A stretch of DNA of 64,000 nt from Squalus acanthias (GCA_030390025.1 CM059432.1:87856001-87920000); one strand, 5' to 3'. Positions 50,321-62,690 are shown, numbered from the stretch's first letter. The notes: generated by a model from the sequence alone, not told the origin. Numbers and translations: made by a program.

Positions 50321-50718
50321 ATGCTTTAAAATCTCATTATATTTTTGAGTTTATTGTAGGAATGTTTTTCCAACTCTCAAGGAGTCAACTCTCAATGGCC
50401 TAGAAATTAGATATGGCCACAAAATGGGCAGTGTTAAGGCCCAACGATGTTAAGCTGTGCCAGGTCAAAGTGGTCTAGGTAGCATGCAAAATTCATGCTC
50501 AGTCCTCAATAACATGTTGTAGTCTTGATCTCAGCGCTAAAACCGCTGCTCATTGGCTTACCACTCAACAGGTGGGCCAATATCGGGTCCAGTCTAATTC
50601 CCAGTCAGGTTTGGCACAGGCTTTATTCAGTACTTAAAGGGGAGGTGCATTGATGCTACAGCACCTCACTGTCAAGCCACTTCCAACGTCACCTGGAAGA
50701 AGATGGCAGTGTAAACAC

Positions 50719-52586
50719 ATGGCTGAGCCTCAGCAAAGGGAGAGAGCCAACAGATTTCCGAGGGGGCTCTTGAGGCACTGGTGGTGGCCGTGGAGATGAG
50801 GTGGGCTGTCCTCTTCCCGCAGACTGGCAGGAAGCCCTCACCACACACATCTCGAAGGCTCTGGCAGGAGATGTGACAGCCAGCATTGTGGTCCACAGGT
50901 CGGCCATCCAGTGCTGAAAGAAGTTTAATGACATCACACAGCAGATCAAGGTGAGTGAAGGCTTCAGCAACTGCACCCCAAGCCTCACACACTGCTCAAT
51001 GCACCACACCCCCAGCACTCACCTACCAACAATCTCTAGCTATCACCACTCCCACCTCACAATCATAGCTTCTCTTCACCCTCATAACCTTACCACTACT
51101 GCAACACTCACACCCACATCTCACACCTTGCACACACTGACAGCTATTCAACAATGACAGGCACATCACTCAAACACATTGCACCATACACACTGACACA
51201 CTTCCCTTTCTCTTGCAGGCCAAGGTCGCACATAACAGGAGGGAGCAGCAGCAGACAGGTGGGGGGCAAGATGCCATCCAGGACCTCACTGACCTGGAGG
51301 AGCGAGTGCTGCAGATCATTAGGCAGCGGATCGTGGAGGCCGTGGCAACCGGCAAGGTTGAAGCCCTTGGGGACAACAACGGTATGCTCATTCCTAATCT
51401 TTCTTCTCCCATCCCACTTCCCCCTCATCCCACAATCTCTTCTCACTTTCAAGCTGTTGATGCTGTATGCATGCCTCTCTTTCTTCCCCCACTGCTCCCC
51501 ATAACCCGACTCTTGTGCCTTTCTGCTTTCAGCTAATCAAGACCAAGCACCCAAGCAGCCTGATCCCAAGTTGATGCAGGAGAGCGAGAGGGAAGAAGAA
51601 GAAGAAGATGCAGCATCACTGCAGCTGTCACTCGCAGACACCAGCTCAGAAACTGGCACTGTGCGTACTTTAGCGTAGAAGTGGGATCTGCACAGGGTGA
51701 AGCACCAGGCACGAGTGGGCTGCAGCAAGGCGGGGGGGAAAGGGTAACTCGGGGGCCAGCTCCCCGGAGGGCGAGTTCGTGCGCAAGTTCTGCTGCACAG
51801 GACTCAGATGAGAACCTCGATGGGGCGGCCTTCAGAAGAAGGGTGATGGGCGTACACACCGAATTGCTAGGTGCAATGGAAAGCCTGCCAGAGAGCCTCT
51901 TGGCAATGTCAAGGAGCATGGAGGAGTCCGTCTCCAACATTGCAAGGGGCTCTATGAGGAGCTTGGAGCCTAGGATTTCCAGGCTGGAAATGATGGAAAA
52001 CTCCCGAAGAGACCGTGTCGACCCAGACATGATGCTGCGTGTGATGGGCGATGTCACGGCTGCCATTGCAGCACAGGCAGAAGTGACCCAATGTCTTAGT
52101 GCTGCAGCGGAAGCGCAGACCGCTCTCATGCAGTCTCAGCTTGCTGTCACCCAACCTCAGACCGCTATCATCGTGGCTGGGTTTACCAGTGTCGACCAGG
52201 GCTTGCAGGGTGTCGCAGTAGCCCAGCAATCTGTCCTCCAACAGATTGCTAGGAATGCTGAGGCGGTGCCCTGGGGGAGTGGCAGTGGGTCAGTGGAACA
52301 GGAGCCTGCTGTCCTCTCTCAGGATGACAGTATGCCTGTTCCCACCACTGCCACTCCACCATTGCCCTTGCCACTGCCTGTCAGCCAGCCAGCCCAGACT
52401 ACTGCCGCCCATGCTGAGGTGGTGCAGTCTACAGCCGGGTCTTCTAAGGCCAGAGCTGCTCGAGGTCATCCTGCAAGGCCATTTGAAGTCTCTCCCATGG
52501 AAACTCAGCAGCCTTTCACCAGTCTTGCTGCAGCCACTGGGGGAGCACTTCAGAGGAGCACTAGTAGGACAGGAAAGGGCACCTGA
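50719..52586 (+). pseudogene. Harbinger Myb/SANT-like DNA-binding protein gene, 3 exons (~50719-50950, 51219-51381, 51533-52586), disrupted
   Basis: RERANRF..ALEALV...LW...QC*KKFND (Myb/trihelix). GT-AG introns AAG|GTGAGT, TTGCAG|, G|GTATGC, TTTCAG|. Exon 2 carries the AHNRREQQQTGGG motif. Confidence 0.85.
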
Positions 52587-52795
52587 AAGACAGGTACTAA
52601 GGGATTGCACAAGGGTGATTAGTTCATATCGTAAGTGTAAATATGTGTCAATTGATTTTTGATAAATTTATTAATTTTGTTTGGAATCTTTTGTGGTTGG
52701 CCTCATTTCAGCTTTGTGCCCAGGAGGACGCTGTGATATTCCATGTTAGAGGGATTGTATGATGGGAATGTGGTGAGCAACGGGGATCTGGGGTT

Positions 52796-53941
52796 TCATT
52801 CATTGGAATCGGAGTCTGATGAGGCGTTCACGGACAGCCCGTCTGGAAGGGTGATTGGCTGTCTGCCTCCTCCCTTCCTCCTCCTCCTCTCCCTCCTCCT
52901 CCTCCTGAGGTGGTGGTGCAATCCTGGTGGCAAGGGCTGCGCCCTCATGATGGCTAAGCTGTGAAGCATGCAACGGACCACCACAAAATGGGACACCTGC
53001 TCCGCTGAGTACTGGAGGGCTACCCCCGAGCGGTCAAGGCAGCGGAACCGTTGCTTCAGTAGCCCGATGGTCTGCTCGATGATGTTCCTGGTGGAAGCAT
53101 GGCTCTCATCATAGGAGTGCTGGGCTTGAGTGGGGTTGCGGAGGGGAGTCATGAGCCAGGTGGAGAGCAGATAGCCCTTGTCTCCGAGCAGCCACCCTCG
53201 AGTTTCATGTGGTGGCTGGAAGTTTGCTGGCACATTGGACGGATGCAGGATGAAGGCTTCATGACTGCTGCCAGGATAGCTGGCATTGACCATCAGGAAG
53301 CGCTGGGTGTGGTCGCACAACAACTGCACATTAAGTGAGTGGTAGCCTTTGCAGTTACAGAAGATCTCAGGATTGTTATGCGGCTCCCACAAAACCATGT
53401 GTGTATGGTCAATGGCGCCCTGCACCATGGGGAAACCCGCTATCCTGGCAAAGTCACATGCACATTTGTCCTGCTTCTCTCTGCTCAGAGAGAAGATACT
53501 GTAGTCCCTTCTCCTGGAGTACAGAGCCTCAGGGACCTCCCGGATGCAGCGATGGACGGCAAACTATGTGATGTTAGCTACGTCTCCTGCTGCAGACTGG
53601 AAGGATCCGCTGGCGAATAAATTGAGGGCCACGGTGACCTTGACTGCCACTGGGAGAGCCATGTTCGCTGTGCTCTCAGGCTGCAGGTCTGGTTGCAGGA
53701 GGTGGCAGAGTTCTGTGACCACCTCCTTGGTGAAGCAGAGCCTCCAAATACACTGCTCCTGGCTTAAGAGGATATAAGAGAAGTGCTCTCGTAAGAACCC
53801 AGGTGGGTAAGGCCTCATGTTGTGAGCCCTCCTGGCTCTCCTCCTCCTCCCTCTATGCACATCTTCTCGCCTTCTTTGCTGCCTCCGCTCCCTCTCCCTA
53901 AGATACTGGAGCGTGAGGGGGACTGCCAGTAGAGACCCCAT
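52796..53941 (-). pseudogene. Harbinger (HARBI1-type) DDE transposase, disrupted
   Basis: GAIDHTH...KGYHSLNVQLLCD...PGSSHE...LLGDKGY...RNIIEQTIGLLKQRFRCL. Stop/frameshift near 53430-53565. Confidence 0.9.
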
Positions 53942-54859
53942 GATTGTGAGCAAGTGTTGTGAGCAGAAACCTTTGAATAAGAATGAAGACGTTCTCCACT
54001 TGCCCCAACACTCCTGTTACCTTAGAACCTTGAAAGAAGTTAATAAAGCTGCAGAAAGCTGCACAGAGCCAGTCAAATGACAGAAACAAGTCAGCTGCAA
54101 GTTGTTGCTGATGATCCCTTTAAATAACGCTGCTGGAGCCTCCTTCCTGCTTGTCAATGCTTGGTCAGCTCGTTGCACTTAAGGCATGCCGGTAAGTGGT
54201 GCGCCAAAGTCAAAACTCGCAGTTTGGGCATCAAGTGAGCATTGCACACTCACTGATGTCACAATCCACATAATCTACATATCCCTAGTGAGCGCAGACA
54301 TCAGCAGAGCTGCCCGCCATCCGAAAATGGCAGCCACTGCGGGACCTGCTGGCAGCGGGCGGAAGGTCGGCGGCTGCCATATTTCCCCTGAATCTGGCGG
54401 TAACGGGTGGCGCTAAAACCCCGAATTTCTAGGCCAATATGTATTATCCCACAACACTGTGTCACCCATACTCTGACGGTGTGGCCTTCATTAGGATTCG
54501 TTTTGTACCTATGATGATTATGAACAGGGTTGAACCCTATTATTTTACTTGAAGACCTGAAACCTATCAAGTTTTAAAAATATCTGGGATTATTTGAATT
54601 TCCACAAAGTTATAGATTCATCAAAAATTGGGAATAGTGTGGCGGATCGCCACCTAAAACGGGCATAATCCACTCTTCCGTCTGTGGACAAACTTCCAGC
54701 ACCTTCCCCTTTAAGGCACATTACCTTTAAGGCAGAAGGGGGCGGGGCCTCAGGTTTTACCCAGAGAATTCTGGCAGTTTTTCCAGAGAATTCTGGGAGC
54801 AGCTAGCTCAGCCATTTTTGTGTGCCATGCAGTGAATAAAAGTTTCTTGTTTTCCACAT

Positions 54860-55090
54860 ATGGATTCAGCCTCCATTCGTGTTTCGCGGCAGCCTCAACA
54901 ATAGCCTTAAACTTAAAAGTGGGAGACTGGAAAGACAGTTTAGATTCAGATACGTTATGACAAGGGTGGAGAACATTTTGAAAGAACTGCCCAGAGAGGC
55001 AGTGGCATTGGTCAGGAAATTCAAGAGAGAATTCAATAAGTACCTGGATAAAACCTTGATTGAGGATATGAGAAATATTGTGGGATATAT
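54860..55090 (+). mobile_element. Old CR1 3' fragment
   Basis: FRGSLNNSLKLKSGRLERQFRFRYVMTRVENILKELP resembles the CR1 C-terminus. Confidence 0.6.
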
Positions 55091-55156
55091 TTCCTAGAAA
55101 ATTGAATTTTTCCATTTCTGTACATTCCTAAATTCCTATGAAATGATATATAAGGG

Positions 55157-56236
55157 ATCAGTCTTGGCTCAGTGGTAGCACTGTTGCCATTGAGTCAGCA
55201 AGTTGTAGACTCAAGCCCCACTCCAGGACTTGAGCACAAAGTCTGTTAACACTTCAGTCTAGTACTGAGGGAGTGCTGCACTGTCGGAGGTGCCATTGTT
55301 CGGATGAGACACTGAACCGAGGGCTCGTCTGTCCTCTCGGGTGGGTGTAAAAGAACCCATGGCACTATTTGAACAATAGTAGGGGATTTCTCCCAGTGTG
55401 CTGGCCAACACTTATCCCTCAGTCAACACTGCCAAAAACAAAGGTCTAGAAATTGAATCATGCCTGAATTCGGTCACGCTCTGGGTGCAGCTGCTGCTGT
55501 GCCTATAAAGGCCGGCGGGAGGACCACACAAACTTACTCCGTGGCCTCATTTGTTTATTGCCACAAGTCGTGGCCCTAGAGGCAGCTCGCCAATCATGGG
55601 GAGCAAAATCGATCGACTGGGTCACCAGCCAAGGGCAGCAGGTAAGTTCGGAGGAGGAGATGGCGAGGCAATGAGGAGTGCGGGTCGGCAGTGGATCACT
55701 GTTTTAATGTGGAGCACTTCTGCTCCTCCTGGCTCCACATTCGGGTAAGTATAAATATTTTTACTTACCCTGTTGGTGGCAGCCTGCAGCGGTCCCTTTA
55801 GGGATGCCTGGTTTGGCTGCTGTACGCCTGTGAAAATTGACCACAACATGCATGGTGTAAGCTGCGCTCAATCATGACTCAATTTTGGAAAGGAACCCGA
55901 AGCAAGCATTAAGTCTCCGATTTGCCAATTTCAGGCAGGCTTCCTGGACGACTACAGAGTGCCATAACCAATATGATGTGCAGCGCACTTCCGGCATGGA
56001 CTAAGCCATCTCACGCCGCATACCATATTAGATCCCCAAGCACCCGTTTCACGCCTGGTGCGCAATCAAATTTCTAGGCCAGATTATCTGAACACTTATC
56101 TCATTGCTGTTTGTGGGATTTTACTGTGCGCAAATTAGCTGTCGCCTTTCCCTACATCACGAGAGTGACTATATTTCAAAAGTATTCCATTGGCTGCGAC
56201 GTCGTAATGAGATGGAAGGCACTTTATAAATGCAAG
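55157..56236 (+). mobile_element. tRNA-derived Deu-SINE (SacSINE1-like), interrupted by a MITE
   Basis: A box TGGCTCAGTGG and a degenerate B box; Deu domain GTACTGAGGGAGTGCTGCACTGTCGGAGGTGCC...; 3' ...TTCAAAAGTA..TATAAATGCAAG tail. Confidence 0.85.
55443..56080. mobile_element. Harbinger MITE sharing the TIR of the 50397 element
   Basis: GGTCTAGAAATT ... AATTTCTAGGCC. Flanks AAA/AGA. The SINE is continuous across it. Confidence 0.85.
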
Positions 56237-56794
56237 GGGGGAGAATTTCCCTGGATACTTTAGGCGCATAAGAGCCTCTGAGGTGGCCAAGATGGGGTCT
56301 TAAGATGCAACGCCAGTTTAGCTTGACTTTAGCGCAAGGCGCTGTCTTGGTAAAGGAGTTAAGTGCGTGTTAGGAATGGCCGGCCGGAGGATCATTAAGG
56401 GGCTGTTTAACAATTAAATTGCCTGCTAGCACTCATTAAAGAGACTGCACGGCATTTTGGTGGGTAACGCTGCAATTAACGACCCCTCCTAACAGCGACC
56501 TGCTGAACAGGAGTAAACAAGTTGTTGCTGAGTATTTTGAGCGCTACTTAAAGCCATGCTCAGCTTTCAATGTTCACTTGCTGACTGAGATCGACTGACT
56601 ACACTGCGTTTGAAGAGGACTTGTGAGACACATTGGAAGACTTTCTGGGACTCTTTGTCAAGGCTTCATCAACACCTGATTAACATTATTCCCAGAAATT
56701 CTCTCAGAACTTCACCTAAAAACAGTGAGTGCCGTGCTACCCTACCTTATTGGACACCTTATGGGAGTCACAAGGAAAAAGGGAGTGCTTGGTC

Positions 56795-58090
56795 ATGGGC
56801 ATCTTGGTAAGGGTCCCCCTTGGTCTGCATGAGGAATGGCAGGAGGAGATGAGACACCAGCTGCTGCAGGAAGAGGGACAGGAGGGCCAGGAGGGCGAGG
56901 AGTGCTCTCAGCAGAAGGCCCTATCCACTCAGGGTCTTCAGCAATGTTCCCGCTAAGCTGCACAGCCGTGGTTTGGAGGTTCCGCGCAGGCTACTCACTG
57001 GTTTTTATCTGGGAAAAAGCTCGCATGCGCGAAAATTTGAATGGGCCGCGCAGCCAGTTCAAGGGCCCACACACCAAAAAAAGGGAACATTGGTCTTCCG
57101 AGAGCACTACTCCTACATTCACATGACCCAACACCAGTGCATGAGGAGGCTACACTTTACCAAGGAGGTCGTCACAGAAATCTGTGGCCTTGTGGAAGGA
57201 AGACTCAGCCCTCACAGCACAGCTAGGACTGCATTGCCTGTGGCGGTCAAGGTCACAGTAGCACTTAACTTTTATGGAACCTTCCAGGCTGCCATTGGTG
57301 ATATAAATCACATATCACAATCCTCTGTGCACTTTTGCATAAGGGAGGTCACTGGGGCTCTATATGCTTTCGGGAATGACTATATATCATTCCGTATTGC
57401 CAGAGAAAACCAGAGGCAGAGAGCTCTAGGATTCGACAGGATTGCAGGATTCCCTATGGTCCAAGTACCATTGACTGCAAACATGTGACCATGCGAGCCC
57501 CTCATTTAAACTCGGAGGTGTTCAGGAACAGGAAGGGATTCCATTCCCTCAATGTACAGCTTATCTGTGACCACCAGCAGCGCATCATGCAGGTGAGTGC
57601 CTGCTATCCAGGGAGCTGCCATGATGCTTTTATAATGAGACAGTCATCCATCCCACAGATCTTTGAGCCCCAACGCAATGTGCACGGCTGGCTAATAGGT
57701 GACAAGGGATACCCTCTGATACCATGGCTCATGACTCCCCTGAGAAAGCCCCAGATACCAGCTGAGCACTCATACAATGAGAGCCACTCAGCCACCAGGA
57801 ATATCATTGAGCAGACCATTGGGGTCCTCAAGCAGAGGTTTGGATGCCTTGACTGGTCACAAGATTGGCCGAAAGGTCTCCAGATTTGTGGTGATTTGCT
57901 GCAGGCTCCATAATCTGGCGATCATGAGAGACCAGCCACTACCACCAGCAATTGTGCCAGAGGGTCAAGCTCAGGAGCCACAAGAGGAGCAGGAGGAGGA
58001 AGAGGAGTAGGAGGGGGACCAGGAGGAGGGTTCCAGGTAGACAGCATGCACCTGGGAGGGACGCTCACTGCCATCTAATTGAGTGCTTTT
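56795..58090 (+). pseudogene. Harbinger transposase, disrupted (hAT MITE insertion, frameshifts)
   Basis: VFREHYSY...FTKEVV...ALPVAVKVTVALNFY...RKGFHSLNVQLICD...PGSCHD...GDKGYP...RNIIEQTIGVLKQRF. Confidence 0.9.
56942..57092. mobile_element. 151-bp hAT-type MITE
   Basis: TIR CAATGTTCCC / GGGAACATTG. 8-bp TSD GTCTTCAG / GTCTTCCG. Confidence 0.9.
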
Positions 58091-58341
58091 GAGAGACCAT
58101 CAGACTCCGGAGCACTGTTGCCACATGATGCACCTTCCACGACTGAGGATCCTTCAGGAAGTCCATCATCAGCACTCAATCCTTTCAATCCCTTGCCCAT
58201 GAAAACCACAATAAAAAACCCACCAAATCCACCAATACCCAATTACCATAATCAATCTTTATCTGCAGCACAATCAAACAATGGAAACATCACACAACTA
58301 ACAAATATTAAACTATTCACCCTGGTGCTTACACTTACTGG

Positions 58342-60119
58342 CTATCCAGAAGTGCTCTTGCGTAATCTGGTGCTTCTACGAAGTGCAACCCCAGTGGCAA
58401 TAGTAGGCGAGGTGGATGGCTGCTGAGAATCTGAAGAGGGCAGTTCAGATGTCCTCCTGCGATGTCCTCGAGAGGCTGTGGACCATGAAGACCCCACCTC
58501 AGACTGCACCATCTCAGCGTGGGCTTCAGCAGTCTGGGCCACCTGGCTGACAGGCAACTGCAAGGGCAAGGGCTGGGGAGGGAGCAGCAATGCTGGCATC
58601 CAGAGAGAGGCCAGTAGGTTCCTGCACCATGATTCCCACGCCACTACCTCGGGTCCTCTGTACAGCCCGCCCAGTGACTTTGTCATTCCATGCAAGCTGT
58701 AATGACTGCATTGGAAGCTGCAACCTCGGACATCAGCCGCTGCATGATGTTGGGCTCCAGAGGTCTCTGGCTGGAATTGGCCAGCCTCTTCACGCTGGAG
58801 AGGATGTGTTCCAGGCTCTGTGTCAAGCCACAGACCAAGGTGGAGGTGGACTCCTCCATCCCTCTAGCCACGATCTGTAAGCTTTCAGGCAGGCTCTCCA
58901 TTGCACCAAGCATTTGGTTTGTCAAACCCATCAGCCTTCTTCTGAAGCTTGGCCCTGCGAGGTCCTCATCGGACTCCTGTACAGCAGAACTAGTATGTGA
59001 CCTTGCCCCCTGGAAAGGTGGCACCTGTGGTGTCCCTTCCACCTGGCGTGGCTGCTGTCCACAAGTGCCTGGTGCATTCCACTGTGAGGATCCCTCTTCT
59101 AACCTCACCTCTAAGTTACATGTGGTGCCGGTCTCTGAGCTGGTGCCTGCGACAGTGGTAGCAATTGATGCAGTGCCATCTTCCTCACTCTCCTCCTCCT
59201 CTTCCTTCAGGGTGTGTGGGGGGGGGGGGGGGGAGGTGGTTGTTGCTCGTCTTGCACTTGCTCTGGGGGGGTTGGGGGGAGGGGGGAGGTGAATTTTGCT
59301 CCTGGGAGCCTGCAATGATAAAGCTGGAAGGATTAGGGTGCAGCGTGAGTGGCCACTATAGGAGGATGTGAGTGATGAGACCATATGGATCTTGGGAGTG
59401 AGGATAGCTTTGGAGGACTAGGGCTCAGGAATGTTTATGCATCAGTAAGGAAGCTGGAGTGACCACATACCTCTAGGTGATATGCACCCTGCTCTGCCTC
59501 TGGCCACAGCGCCTCCCACTTCCCTTCCGATCTCGGCCAGCACTGCCTCCTCAAGAGGAGTGATGTCATGCAGGCGTGGTTGACCTCCCCTGGTCAGGTC
59601 CTGCTGGTGCCTGTTATGTGCAATCTTGTCATGGAAGAGAAAGAGTGGTGATTGTGAATGAGTGTGTTGACAGGTGTGTTTGTATGTGTGTGATGCTTCA
59701 TATGGTTGAAGAGCTGTGAGATGTGTTTAAGGTATGAGTAGTGCCTGTGAAGGATGCAATAGTGTGGGGTGTGTGCATGTTAATGTATAGTTAAATGGTG
59801 GGGATGCAATGTGTTAAGGTTGTGATGCTGGTGGTGGTGCAGTTATTGAGCAGTGGGTTTGTGAGATTGGCTCTTACCATGACCACTCGTGTCAAGTCAT
59901 TAAATTTTTTGTGGCACTGGAGCCATGTCCTGGGGCCAGGGCTCCTGGCTGTCACCTCCCGGGCAGTCTCATTCCATATGCTCGCATTAGCTGCCTCTGT
60001 GGTCTTCTTCCCCCATGCGGGTAGAGGATATCTCTCCTCCTCGCTACCTCCTCCATCAGGACCTCCAGTGCCGCATCCGAGAACCTGTGCAACCTCTCCC
60101 TTGGTCCCTGAGCCAGCAT
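58342..60119 (-). pseudogene. Harbinger Myb/SANT-like gene, 3 exons (60119-59878, 59630-59471, 59309-58342), disrupted
   Basis: RERLHRFSDAALEVLMEEV...IWNETAREV...RTWLQCHKKFNDLTR. Donors ATG|GTAAGA and GAG|GTATGT. The exon 2 acceptor is mutated to CAT. Confidence 0.85.
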
Positions 60120-60774
60120 TCCACATTGGCTTCTCTCCCAACCAGCGTACTCCACACCTTCAATGGAAGTGGGTGAGTGTCGGCTACATATACAGCTCCA
60201 GGAATATTGTGTCTAATCAGTATTAAACCAGCAGGTGTTGGTTGCAGTGCCTGCAGGTATGTTCAAATCATGATAATCATCAATTAGCCCGAAAATTTCA
60301 TGCTAAATCCACACTTTCAAACAGGTATTTCTTATTAGCACAGCACCCATTTAGTGTCTGTTTTCACCTTTTGGCCAAAATTGCCCCGCTTTCTTTTTTA
60401 TCGACACTACAGAGATCTGAGCCCCTCACATGTATTTTTACAATTTCAATCTTGCAACCAAAGTTTGAAAGGCTGTGGTTTTCAATGACTAATATTTTAG
60501 GGAGTGACCAATAACCCACGCTCTGATCTCCATCGGTTGTCTAAAATGTTCTAGATTTTAATCATTTTTTATTGAGGTGGCGAATTAGGAGTCAAGAAAA
60601 ACCTTGATTTGGAAATGTATTAATTGATCCCAAAAATTCAAGCAACACAATCGGAACAAAAAGTTCAGTGGTTTTATTTGAACGGGCTTCGCCGCAATTA
60701 CAGTTGTGCGCCGCAAAACTGGGGCTCTTGGATTTGGATAATGTGCAAGTTTACTAAACTTGTTCTATCCTGTG

Positions 60775-60885
60775 CAAGACTACGGGGAAAGGGCAGGAGA
60801 GTGGGACTAATTGGACAGCTCTTTGAAAGAGCCGGCACTGGCACGATGGGCCGAATGGCCTCCTTCTGTACTGTATCATTCTATT
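60775..60885 (+). mobile_element. CR1 3' tail fragment
   Basis: GGGCCGAATGGCCTCCTTCTGT...ATTCTAT. Confidence 0.75.
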
Positions 60886-62144
60886 CCTTTGCTGACTTTA
60901 CTCAACGAGTGCGAACATGAAAATATGGAACATTTCCTGTGTGAAAATATAGTTTCTCAACTGCGGTTCGTGCGTCACTTTGCTCTTAGTGTTTTTTTTA
61001 TCTGACTTACAGCATGAAATATGACCCGCTTGAAGCTGTCGTTCTTTGGCAAAAATCAAAACTTGTAAACTGTGCGGTGAGCTGACAGTTATAGATCTAG
61101 CGCGCTTCTTAAATCGGAATGCTGCAAACCCTGGTCCTTTGCTAGTTTGGCGAGTAATGTAATGGCCATTAATGTGCATATTCACTCCTCTCCTGTGTGT
61201 GTAAAACACTCTCCCACGACGACCAGTATTGGATTTCATCCGGAACAGGGGCTGGGAGTCTCCCACCGAGGCTTCAAAGCGCTTGTAAATGTAGATCTGT
61301 ATTTAAAGTTTGTCATTCTTTTGTTGTTCCCGGAAATCCCTTGTATTGTTGCCGGAGTGATATACTACAGCCCACAACACATGTGGCATATAGGGGGACG
61401 TGGGATTATTTTATACTCCGCATGGTTTAAGCTGTCATTTGAAAGAAAGATAAGAACTTTGTGCCCCGTTTTGCAACGCGGTTTGGTTTTGGCATCTCTT
61501 AACCTTCCACAGCACATCATTCAAAAACATTCGAGTAAAGACATCAGTCTAAGCAGTCCGTTTCCTGTCACTTCTGAAACCATCCAAAGCAGGTGCTGTC
61601 AAAGATGGACTTGTTTTCTATAAGTAATGAATGCGTTAAACTCAAACTTTGGAAATCGGGTTTCACCATCATTCTCCAGAGGAACTGTGCCAATCATTAC
61701 TTAATTTCCAAAAATTTTAATTAAACATGGTTTTAATGCGTACGGATGAGTTTTGTGTGCGTTTAGACTTTCTATAAGACTTCTGCCGAATTCCCCCTCC
61801 CTCAAAACTGTATGCACTAGTTTGGACAATTTCCAAATTATCTGTGTTTAAAATATTGTTCAATGTGTCTGAAATCTGGAAAAAGGGAGGATCCCCGAAA
61901 ATGGTATACGGTTCACGCTTTGTACTGACACCGAGTCCCGTGTCCTCCTCCCCCGCCAGCTCTCCAAATTACACACATATGTGGTTTGGAAAAGCTTATG
62001 ATGACAGTCTGGCAACAGTGAAAAGAGCAACAACGAAGGCATTGGGTTTCCAGATGATAATGTACTGATTCAGGGGCCGTGAAGAGTTAAAGAGACACCA
62101 TCATCAAGGAGAATGAGTTTGCCTTCCTGAAACGTTTTGCCGAA

Positions 62145-62151
62145 TATAAAA
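62145..62151 (+). promoter_or_regulatory. Candidate TATA box of the PI15-like gene
   Basis: TATAAAA about 190 bp upstream of a splice donor (GAG|GTGAGC at 62339/62340) and about 545 bp upstream of the ATG. Confidence 0.55.
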
Positions 62152-62174
62152 GCCCAATAACTGTGACCTCAGAC

Positions 62175-62339
62175 CAGCAGAAACCCCTCTCTCTTATAGG
62201 GTTCCTTCCACGCCACATCCCTGCAAGTCTTACCTCACTCCTATCGCAAGAGTAAAATACTTTTCAAGAATCCTTCCAGACGGACTTTGAAATTTGGAAG
62301 GACTCGACCTACATTTTTGCCAGTGACTGCATGCAAGAG
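62175..62339 (+). other. Putative non-coding first exon
   Basis: Lies between the TATA box and the donor GAG|GTGAGC. Candidate acceptors TTCAG (62640) or TTGCAG (62659) precede the ATG. Confidence 0.5.
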
Positions 62340-62690
62340 GTGAGCTAAATTTATCGTTAGACTAAATATATTTCTAACGCCAGAATAAGGGATTCGAAGA
62401 GCAGCCGTGTTTATCGAAATATACATTGACCAGCAAGGAAAATACGAATTAATCAGGTTATTTTAAAAGTGTTAAACAGTTATCTGAATATTTCCATGTA
62501 TTTGCTTTTGAAGAATAATATTGGAATGATGTATAGTTAATGTATTCACTAATATAGGATGCGGGGTTTTCCCCCCGAATTGGGAGTTTGGAAGTTGCAC
62601 CTTAATGTTAAACTACCTGCACACATTGTTCTTTATTCAGTATAACATCTGGTTTGCAGTGCACCGCTCTTCAAACTTCAACCGGGAAAC

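Larger units (their letters stand above)
50397..54435. mobile_element. Full-length PIF/Harbinger DNA transposon (4039 bp)
   Basis: Perfect 12-bp TIR GGCCTAGAAATT / AATTTCTAGGCC. 3-bp TSD AAT (50394-50396, 54436-54438). Two convergent genes. Confidence 0.95.
56237..60389. mobile_element. Second, divergent full-length Harbinger (~4.15 kb), degenerate
   Basis: Imperfect ends GGGGGAGAATTT / AAATTGCCCCGC. Transposase on +, Myb gene on -. Splits the SINE tail (TGCAAG | TTTCTTTT). No clean TSD. Confidence 0.8.

Noticed and set aside
52796..53941. Domesticated host HARBI1 gene
   Set aside because: It is disrupted, enclosed by TIRs and a TSD, and has several related copies in the window.
55157..55230. 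tRNA gene
   Set aside because: It is the tRNA-derived SINE head: no complete cloverleaf, and it continues into the Deu domain.
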